Below are positions 55,170 through 64,000 of a DNA stretch of 64,000 nucleotides, piece by piece. Position numbers and translations under genes: made by a program. The stretch lies in contig MU004235.1 in assembly GCA_010405405.1 (NCBI GenBank), positions 2,162,506 to 2,226,505 of the forward strand. Direction: 5' to 3'. The DNA comes from Microthyrium microscopicum. Lineage: Eukaryota. Within the stretch, counting starts at the first letter, position 1, and every line of letters begins with the position of its first letter. The notes below the pieces were generated by a model, which saw only the letters and a program-made list of their open reading frames with translations, was not told the origin of the DNA and ran no database searches.

Positions 55170-55950
55170 ATGCATTCTGTTGTTCTCCTCGGCGCGCTCG
55201 CCGCCCTTGCGTCTGCCGCGAATATCAATCGTATGTATCCACCACCAGCAAATCGACCTTCTGACACTGTCCAGGCCGTCAAACACCCGCTGCTACGAGC
55301 TGTCCTGCGATTGCCCCAGATTTCCTACCCGGTACCGATCCATGCTGTCAGGTCGCCGACACAATCTCCACCAGCAGTCCGTCTAACCTCCTATAACAAG
55401 GACAACAATCACTGACAGATATAGTAATGTCCTGCGACAGCGTAGCCGAGTCCTGGGGTATCAAAGTCAGCGACTTTATCACACTCGTTTGTCACCCCTC
55501 CCGTTCCTTCACCTTTCTCTTTACTTCGCTGACTTGTCCAGAATCCCTCGGTAAAAGCCGACTGCTCCAATCTCAAAGACGACCAACGCTACTGCGTCTA
55601 CTCCACCAAACCAACCAACGCCCCCATCAAAGCACTTCCCGCAGCAGGTAAACCAGCGCCTGGCCCAACTATGGGAACGAAGGGCAAGTGTGATCATTGG
55701 CAGAAGGTGTTTCCGGATGATACTTGTGCTGGGATTGTGGAGTTCTTTGGGAAGTTGAATCAGTTTCATGGGAAGAAGATGACGAGGGAACTTTTGGTTA
55801 AGTTGAATCCGTAAGTACACCCCTATGTTTTGGAGGGAAGAAGGAGAGAGATGGCAACGATATAGGCTAATGGTTTATAGGGATTTGGGTCCGGATTGTA
55901 AGGTTAAGGTGGGGAGTTATTTGTGTTTGAGGGAACCGACGACTGTTTAG
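55170..55950 (+). CDS. Secreted LysM-domain protein (two LysM modules, five exons)
   Basis: Signal peptide MHSVVLLGALAALASA. Spliced product contains SCDSVAESWGIKVSDFITLNPSVKADCSNL..YCV and DDTCAGIV..LVKLNPDLGPDC..YLCL. Confidence 0.85.
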
Positions 55951-56659
55951 GGAGGATGATGGCTTCATGCTTTGCTGTTTTGGTGAAGGAGGGTCAATCT
56001 TGCTCTGATATCAGAGTTGTACCGATATTGAACTAGTTGTAATCAGCAGAAACACTTCTTCCACCCACGGCTGCTCTAGTGTATTATCCTCAAAAATAGT
56101 CTCCAGGCTACGGGACGGCAAAATGGACGGGCTACGGCCAACATGTCGACAAAATAAATGGCGCGCTCCCATCAACTACGGTGTATCCCATCGCATCTTA
56201 TGTCAAAGAATGCTTCAATTCCCATCGCACTTGATGATATGATCATTGTTCAACCTATTCGATAGGCATTAATGCAATCGATCATATAACGTAGCTTTTG
56301 AGAGCCATCGAAGCCGGTGGAGCCACGCCAGTTATTGTGTCCGCCGGTTGACATCCTACTCCAGAGAACTACGGTGTCCCTTATCGGCTGCGAGCTCCAA
56401 CCGAGTGTTTTGCTTGCCATGGAGGATGTTCAATTCTTAATAGCTCATTGAATACGATGGGAAGTATCGCACCATCTGTTAGGAGAGGTGGTGGGAAAAT
56501 ATCACATTATCTGTTTAAGACGGGAGAGGTGGTGGCAGCCATGACCATTTTTGGGGATATGCCGTTCTTCTGGCCATTGGGTTGTCAGCCTGTGAGCCGG
56601 TTGTAGACTAAATCACACATGGCAATATCGTTGCCTAAGGGGGAGTATCATCTCCCGCG

Positions 56660-56821
56660 GCAAGATGGACGTCCCCTACAGTGACATATATATCCATAAT
56701 AGCGAGATACATGTCCTCTATCGCGAGATGAACGTCCCCTAGTGCGAGATAGAAATCCCCCATAATGAGATGGAAATCCCCTACAACGAGATACATGTCT
56801 CCTATAGCGAGATGGATGTGG
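56660..56821. repeat. Degenerate 21-bp tandem repeat, about 8 copies, consensus GCGAGATRxAxRTCCCCTAYA
   Basis: Units start at 56660, 56681, 56702, 56723, 56744, 56765, 56786 and 56807 (partial). Confidence 0.85.
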
Positions 56822-57316
56822 AGTATCTTACAAGACAAGAGTACACAGCTTGCTTAAGCATACAATCTATCAGTTAGTGCTGTTTAACGACTTATCGTCA
56901 TACACTATCTTTTTTACTCTCTATACATTCGAGAAACGCGCTTCAGACTCAAATTCAGGCCATTGTTGCCGCATGTGGGATTTCAATCTCAATCTCCTGC
57001 TACTTCGCTCTTGCCGATTCGCTTTATACAATACAGGGTGCCTCCCTTCCTCAACAGGAAGGCTCTCCTCTCAGTGAGGATTGGCCCCAGCCAGCTTTCC
57101 ACGAAGGGAAGCGACGATGAACTTGACTGAGCTTTGAGACCTTGCTGTTGCCTAGAGCCAGGCACTGTTGTGGACGCACAATGCCCATAAATACTCTCCA
57201 TTCCCTCTCGTCTTCCACTCTTCCTCCACTCTTCACCACACTCTCTTCAGACCATAGCAGCGGTCACTTCATTCACAGTCTCTCTTTAAATCACTACAAG
57301 CACTACTCACTCATTC

Positions 57317-58223
57317 ATGATGTGAGTACTAAAGACTTAGTTTCTGACGCGCTCCTAAATACTAGGAAGAATCATTTGCTGACTGCGGGCACAGGTACTT
57401 GAACAAAACTGCTGTCGATTTCGTCACTCTGGAGTGCCTAGAGTGCGACCTGCCATTTAAAAGCAGGGCTTCACTGGAGGACCACCTCCAAACTTCACCA
57501 GCTCACTTATCCTTTGATTGCGAGGAATGCAACCTCCTTTTCAGCAATGAGGATGAGCTCCATGAGCACTATCGTTGCTCCGTTGCCCATTTGTCGGATT
57601 CTGACGACTCTGACAACACCAACGTGACTGGAAGTACCGACCTTGCCGAGGATACCGATGCCACCGGTGAATCCAATATCACTGAGGAACCCGATGCCCC
57701 AGAGCAGAACAGCCTTCCCCAAGATGCCATCCGCAAAGAAAACAAGCTTACCAAGGGCGGCTGGACCATGTTTCCATCTCATCACGAGCAGATCACCAGC
57801 GAACTTCAAGGAACCAACCTAGTCTTGCACTTCAATGACAACGATGATGATGACTTCATCCTAAAGGTCGACCGGGACATACATGGCCGCTTCACCTGCG
57901 AAAACCCAGCCTGCAAATACAAACATCGACGTACATGGGTGCGCGCAGGATGGGAAAGCATGACTGTCGAAATGACCATCCGACTCTATTCCGGAAATCG
58001 ATACAATGCTGGAGTGTATCTACAGCGCTGTCACGGCTGCCACAAGCTCGGCAAAATGAACTTGGATGATTCATTTGCTGAGCATGTTGCTTATCGTCTC
58101 AAGCAGTGGCATGGAATCAAGGCGTCATCACCAACATTCTCCGTTACCACCACCGGTCCCCACATGAGAAGTAAATGCCAAGCATGCCTGATGGGTCGCC
58201 CTCATGGCCATTCGCGACGATAG
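57317..58223 (+). CDS. Zinc-binding protein: two C2H2 fingers, acidic linker and C-terminal 3CxxC-type domain
   Basis: 5-nt first exon (57317-57321), intron 57322-57394. CLEC..H..H, CEEC..H..H, then GRFTC..C..W, YNAGVYLQRCHGC and GPHMRSKCQAC. Confidence 0.8.
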
Positions 58224-58666
58224 ACTTACGAGGACTAGCATTGGGCCTGGAAATGACCTGGAATTTTGTGGTGCGAGGGCAGACTTGAGCTGCCGGGCAG
58301 ATGAACGCCACTGAACAACAAACAATGTGTATGGTATTGGTGTCAATGAATTGTACAACAACAAGGAAACTCAACTCAGGATCGAGTTCAGACTACTTTC
58401 ATCATTGCTCAAATGGAAAGGACTGGCATGAAGTGATGTAATGGGAGAGAGCGACGGCGAATTTTCATGTATGAGTAGCATTCCCCATGAGGCCTTTTAG
58501 TATTTTACCTGTCAACAGCAATGTAGACTCTGCCTCCCTCATCATTATGCTCATCGAGAGATATGTGCCCAATTTTCCAAACCTCCTGTTCGTCTATGCA
58601 TTCCAATCGCTAGCAGCACAAGATGAATGTACGATAGGATATATTGATACAAAGCTAACCGCTCCT

Positions 58667-60019
58667 TTACGAGCCAATGCCATTATAAGCAATCAAATTC
58701 GGCGCTCCCTGCAAATTCCCTTCAATCTGGTCTTTCGTCGCCGTCTCTTGCAACCAGCTCCTGATTTGCGCTGGCTTCTGAGTCCCCACTGCACTCAGCC
58801 GATTCGCAATCAATGCCGCGACCTGCGGCGCCGCCACACTAGTTCCCCACGAGAAGTATTTATAGTTCGGATCAATGTTCTTCGCCGATAAAGTTGGCAC
58901 ACGTGTGCCTGGTGCAAACACTGTGATACACTTTCCAATATTCGTGCTCTCCATTTCGCGTCCACCAGCATCCTGCGTCCCTTTGACGGGTAATTTGTTG
59001 AAACCATTCACACTGCCCACGCTAATCACGCCGCGCGCGTTAGATGGTTGCACGCGGCAGGAATCGCGACCATCGTTACCAGCGCAGACGACGAAATGGA
59101 GGCCGCGGTCAACTGCTTTGCCGACGGCAGTAGAAACGTCCGGTAGGCCAGTGAAGCCATAATGGCTCATGGATATAACTTTCATGCCATTGTCACCAGG
59201 TTGTTGCAGCACCCATTCGATACCCGCGACCACATCATCGCATGCGCTGCGATTCAGATCGTTTGCGATTTTTACGGCGACCATGGCTGCTTCGGGAGAG
59301 AGACCGTGGCGGTCGCCGGCAATGACGCCGGCGCACATGGTTCCGTGGCCGTGGTTGTCGTTGTCGTTTGTCTTGCCTGCGCCTCTTGAGCCTACGAAAT
59401 TGTGTCCGAAGGAGATGGGGGAGCCTTTAAAGCCTGGGTTTTTGAGGTTCACGCCTGTGTCGAGGACGTACACGGTCGCGCCTTTGCCGAGATGGCGATC
59501 GCGAACCCAGGGACCGGCATTGTAGCCCCGTGTAAAGTTTCGGTGGGATATACGATTTGCGTTCCAGCCGCGGTCTGGCATGGTCATTATGCCTTGGGGA
59601 AGGACAGGGTCGGCAGGCGTGTCGGCGTCGCGGATTATGGTAGTGGCGAACTTTTTGGCGGCGGAGACGGTGGTGAGAGATGGAATTTCATCGTCGCGAA
59701 GGGCGGAGAGACCGACGTGGTCGATTCGTAGGACTTCTTCTTGGCTGCGGATCCAGTCGAGTGCTTCCATGTTAAGGACGGCAGAGTAGCCTTCAAAGGC
59801 GAGGGAGAAGACATGGCGGACAGAGACATCCGGGTATTGTGATTCAAAGCTTTTGATTTGTTCGATGTGCTGGGTTTGTGTTTCGGGAGATACGCTCTCT
59901 TCGAAGCTTATGATGTAGGTGTGAGGTAGTTGATTCGAAGACGGTGGAGGAGGGAGAGCCGTCGCGGCTTCGACCGCCGAAGTGGTAAGCAGGAACAAAA
60001 GAGTGACTGGCCAAATCAT
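58667..60019 (-). CDS. Secreted subtilisin-like serine protease (S8, proteinase K type) with I9 propeptide
   Basis: Signal peptide from MIWPVTLL; I9 (YIISF..FEGYSA); catalytic VLDTG, HGHGT, GTS; oxyanion AGND. Intronless. Confidence 0.93.
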   Translation of the reverse strand: MIWPVTLLFLLTTSAVEAATALPPPPSSNQLPHTYIISFEESVSPETQTQHIEQIKSFESQYPDVSVRHVFSLAFEGYSAVLNMEALDWIRSQEEVLRIDHVGLSALRDDEIPSLTTVSAAKKFATTIIRDADTPADPVLPQGIMTMPDRGWNANRISHRNFTRGYNAGPWVRDRHLGKGATVYVLDTGVNLKNPGFKGSPISFGHNFVGSRGAGKTNDNDNHGHGTMCAGVIAGDRHGLSPEAAMVAVKIANDLNRSACDDVVAGIEWVLQQPGDNGMKVISMSHYGFTGLPDVSTAVGKAVDRGLHFVVCAGNDGRDSCRVQPSNARGVISVGSVNGFNKLPVKGTQDAGGREMESTNIGKCITVFAPGTRVPTLSAKNIDPNYKYFSWGTSVAAPQVAALIANRLSAVGTQKPAQIRSWLQETATKDQIEGNLQGAPNLIAYNGIGS

Positions 60020-60818
60020 TTTCGGCAGGAGGTTCAACACCGGATCGTGCAGGAAGAGAACGACATGTAAGTACCTGTTTTCAAGGCACAAGATAATAGG
60101 TTCCGAATGGTCCTCGGGTCCCAATAGCGTTATAATCGGCGCCGGAGATCACCTTACTTGGCTGTGGACATAGATGCTATCAGTCCAAATCACAAGTCCC
60201 ACCAGCTTCTAGAAAGCGCTACTTGAGATTGAAAGTTGAAGAGCCTGACCTTGTATAGATCAGAAGGTGTTATGGTAGTGATAACCGACCAGGATGCAGG
60301 AACAGTTCTCGAACAGCAGTGGCCAAGCTTAGATTAAATCCATGCGAACATCAGCTTCTCCACAGGAAATAATCGATATATTTGACGTTCAGGGCAGGGC
60401 TCTGCAAGGCTCGAATGGAATCGTCAAATCTTTATGATATGGTTGGTACTTGGTAAGACTCAGACAAACGAGCCCTAGTGGGTTGCGTGTTGTGGCAGGG
60501 TGGCTTTCAAATATCAGGACTGATAATGTTCGTCCTGAAAAATGGGAAATGAAGGTTGCAGATTTTCCCTGGTTGGACTGGTTTGTCGGGTGGCTCGACC
60601 TGGTCTTATCAAAATAAGCGTATTTTCCATGCCTGGGAGAGGTCGATTCCATGGAACCCAGAGATTCTGGACGCGATACGACCCATTCTAGGCATATTGT
60701 ACTATAAGTGGCAATATTTCCCGAGATCTCATTGGAAATCTTTCAAAGTATATTGGATATTCGATACGGAACCTCCCGTTACGATGTATATTGTTGAGGC
60801 TCAATCTCCATCGTGGGT

Positions 60819-61880
60819 TTAGTCGACTTTCTTGTTGTCAAACCACAGCCAGTATTCAGGTACACAAAGACCTAATCGCCAAAAATAATCTCGATGAGCA
60901 AAGAAAAGTTGCCAGATCTTGAATCGAGTTGGAATGCCCCATCGGTGAGACGCAGAACTCGCTGTGCCTGCACTGCATGATGGGTCGTGGGATCCTGCGC
61001 AATGATATGCGTCCTCCAGCTCCGGGGGAAGTTCAGAATTGTTCAAGAAGATCTCACCACCATGTGGCATATAGCCCCACTCCTCCAAAGGAAGCAGTGG
61101 TATAGGGTCATTGACATGGGTGACGCGGCGAAAATTTGAAGGTTCATAGTCCGCAGCATTCGTGCCGTTCCGAGAGAGGTTGAAGCGTGCATCGACATAG
61201 TCGGCGAATGCTTGATTTCCTAATCTTGGTTCGCCAAATGTCGTTACGGTTGGATTATATCCACGTCCTACGAGATCAAGACCAGCCAATGCAGCAATTG
61301 CGCCCCCCAGTGAATGGCCTACAAGCACTAGCTCGTATCCTGGATTCTCCTCCATACTGATCTGGACATCAGGCAAAATGACATCCTTTGTATTTTTCCA
61401 AGAAGAATGAAATCCCATATGAACAAGGCAGTCCTCACACTTTGGCACCGTTGGTCCAGATTTGTTGCCCTCAGCGCCTGGATATGGTACATATTCTTGT
61501 GGAATGGTTGCTAGATCTGCAATAGTATTGGTGATGGAGTAAGTTCCCCTGAATGCGACAATGACCCGCTTAGCAGCTGGAGCATGAGACAAGGCAATAT
61601 ATCCACACGATTCTGAGAGCAGAATTCCAGTATTCCAGGTGGTGACCAGCTCAAAGCTATCAAAGTCTCCGCACCGGCTTGGACATTCGAACGGTTTTGA
61701 GATTCCTGGAGCAGGTGTACCAACACAGTATGCAATGTCGACGATGCGAGCCAGCTCTTCAAGCTCGGTGAAGAGCGATTTTGATACGGTCAATTTGGGA
61801 TTATCATTATGATTATGGATCTGAAGCGGCGCTTGGAGGGCGGCAGCAAGGGTTGCGCAAAGGGCGATTGCGAGTTTCAT
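60819..61880 (-). CDS. Secreted triacylglycerol lipase (class 3)
   Basis: Signal peptide; VAFRGT, VHMGF, GHSLGG, TFGEPR, RVTHVNDPIP, AHRDYF. Confidence 0.93.
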   Translation of the reverse strand: MKLAIALCATLAAALQAPLQIHNHNDNPKLTVSKSLFTELEELARIVDIAYCVGTPAPGISKPFECPSRCGDFDSFELVTTWNTGILLSESCGYIALSHAPAAKRVIVAFRGTYSITNTIADLATIPQEYVPYPGAEGNKSGPTVPKCEDCLVHMGFHSSWKNTKDVILPDVQISMEENPGYELVLVGHSLGGAIAALAGLDLVGRGYNPTVTTFGEPRLGNQAFADYVDARFNLSRNGTNAADYEPSNFRRVTHVNDPIPLLPLEEWGYMPHGGEIFLNNSELPPELEDAYHCAGSHDPSCSAGTASSASHRWGIPTRFKIWQLFFAHRDYFWRLGLCVPEYWLWFDNKKVD

Positions 61881-62193
61881 TGTAGGAAGATGGTCATGTT
61901 AGCATGACAAAGTTGCGGATAGAAACATGAAGTATTATTTATTGGTACAATGGAGTAACAAGGAGTATGATAGTAGAAGAGAGGAAAGGAGAAAGGTTGG
62001 CAGCGGTAAGGTAAGTATCATGACCAGATGTGTGACGGTCACGCGCCAAACAGCGGCATCACCATCTCCAGCTGCATCGTGAGTCTGTGGCTAGGCTGTG
62101 GCTCACGAGTGGCTAGTGAGCCGCGTGGCCAAAGCGTGTTGTTGGCTCCTGCCAAAACACGAAAACAAAGGAAAGAGTGCCCGGCAGTGGTTC

Positions 62194-62344
62194 TACCGTT
62201 TTTACCCTTTCAGTTGGGCCACGGTAGCGCGCTTTTTCTTGCTGGTGGCGCTCTGAACTTAGGCAGTGACTCGCTATCGCTCACGGGCAAACCTCGCCTA
62301 AAAAACCGCGCTACCGTGGCCCAACTGAAAGGGTAAAAACGGTA
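62194..62344. mobile_element. MITE-like element B: 36-bp perfect TIRs flanked by TA (38-bp perfect inverted arms including TA), 75-bp core
   Basis: 62194-62231 TACCGTTTTTACCCTTTCAGTTGGGCCACGGTAGCGCG is the exact reverse complement of 62307-62344. Confidence 0.8.
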
Positions 62345-62747
62345 ATCTTGGCGGTGACGTCGTGCGCTTGGCTGCCAAGCAGGGATGTCGCCCTGAGAAT
62401 CTCTCAGTCGCTCCTTCTCTTTGGTTGGTTTGCAGACACTTGGGGCAATTCCCGCTGTCTTCCGCTGAAGATCATGTCTGGCAATAATCCCATCAGCCAT
62501 TCTTCCGCTCTCGAAACTCGCATGACAAGAACAACATAAGCGTCATCTAACTCTTGGCTGTCACTTCACCTTCCCATCTCAACTTATCGTCTCAACTCGG
62601 CGCCCGTCCTAATTCCCCATCATGACATGAGTCAATCGCCTGCTGATACACTCTAAGCGTCAACCGACACCAGGACGACCCCCAACCGTTCATCAATGAC
62701 CACCTCTTGAATTTACCTCAACAACCTCTCCTACACGATCCGTTATC

Positions 62748-63945
62748 ATGTCTCCTTTCAAGCGCAGCCAGAGTGCTCTCGAGCGCGCCGACCACAAGGC
62801 CATTGAGAAGGCAAAGGCCAAACAAGAGCAGGAGCAAATGAAAGAAATGATTGCGAAAAACCCCAACGCTCGATTTCCTGCCACTCAAGTCTTTTACGCC
62901 GACCCTTCATTTCCCGAACCTCCACCGCTCAATTATACTCTAAAGACGAGATACAAGGCACTACTTATTTTCTGGGGATTGGTGTTCATAGACTGCATTG
63001 TTACGCCGCTGGTGTTATACTTTTGTTTATGGTACAAGACGTCGCTATCACCCAACGCTGGTAAAGAAGATCATACATCTCGATTACATGGAAACTAACG
63101 CGGTCACTAGTCTTCAGCATAAGTACAGGTGCATTAGGAAGTGTATCGATCGCTGAATATTTCCTTCGCTTCTGGAGACTATGGAAAAAACAATCAAACT
63201 GTCGGGTCATAGGAGCCAGAAGATACTACGTATGATTTCCTATCATATCTTTGATCTCAACATTAACTGTTCATTTTTATAGCTCGACTTTTTCCACTGG
63301 AATCTATCAGTTGCCTGGGTAGCCGTGATGGCCGAACTCATCGTGTAAGCGCCTGGTCAACAACCATCTGCTCATCCAATGCTGACACACCATGCAGTGG
63401 TACAATTCCGAAGAACCCGCCCATCCGATTATTGGCCATGCCAGTTCCCAGCATGGTCTTTGCATTTGGCATACAAATGCTTATTATCGATATTATGCGC
63501 TACTTCAACATTCGTGCCCCAATGCGCATTTCTTCACTTCCCCGTGGTGCACCACTTCGACCTGGTATCTACAGCATCATTGAAGATGTATGTGCCGTCG
63601 ACGGTAGTGGAGGCACCGAATTTCGCCAGCGTCTTAACATGCGTTTCATGACGAGCCATTATTTCCGCCGCATGCTGCATCGATTGACGCTGTTTTGGGC
63701 TTTTGGTGCTCTGGCTATCGCATCTGGGACTACCGCGATTATCTTTACAACAGACAGGAATACTGCATACGTGGTAAGTTGCATTAGATTCTTGTTTATT
63801 TATGTTCTTACTAATGAATTTCCAGTGCGGATGGACAGTTCCATTTGGATGGGGCGCAGTATGGGCAATCATCACCACATGGTATGTCAAGAAGAGTCTG
63901 AAGAAAGAGCGCGAAGTCTGGACTGCAGAGCGCGCAAAGGCATGA
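62748..63945 (+). CDS. Conserved-looking fungal multi-pass membrane protein of unknown function
   Basis: Multi-exon. PPPLNYTL, FWGLVFID, LDFFHWN, PRISS-like PMRISS, RPGIYSIIEDVCAVDGSGG, GWTVPFGW; stop TGA at 63943-63945. Confidence 0.8.
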
Positions 63946-64000
63946 TTTTGGTATTTGAGCGTTTAATCAGTAACGATAAATGATAGTTTTAATCTATTTC

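Overview
Gene-dense, intron-containing DNA from a filamentous ascomycete. This is inferred from GT..AG introns of about 45-160 bp with CTRAC/CTAAY-type branch sites and from Zn2Cys6, velvet, CFEM, LysM and cutinase genes; the species cannot be named from sequence alone. About 28 genes can be reconstructed. Housekeeping: MNS1, VelB, HEL2, RPL38, PRI2, GPD1, GDB1. Metabolism and detoxification: P450, two GSTs, DHA1 MFS transporter, NAD-binding epimerase-like protein. Secreted or surface proteins: cutinase, subtilisin, lipase, LysM, CFEM, a GPI protein and two orphan small Cys-containing proteins. Several small spliced genes are missing or only fragmentary in the ORF track. The most notable non-coding structures are (i) two ~150-bp TA-flanked MITE-like elements (28458-28607, 62194-62344), each with perfect 38-bp inverted arms, whose arms differ from each other at 13 mirrored positions, whose cores are homologous in opposite orientation, and which both lie in divergent promoters; and (ii) two minisatellite-bearing regions 54 kb apart (about 2.5-2.8 kb and 56.1-56.8 kb) that share a 39-bp motif and the 19-bp repeat unit. 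Also notable are a head-to-head pair of a CFEM-less PTH11-like gene and a CFEM-only gene, and a recurrent C-rich-to-G-rich switch at gene 3' ends. No rRNA, tRNA, CRISPR or transposase could be supported. All exon boundaries were read by eye.
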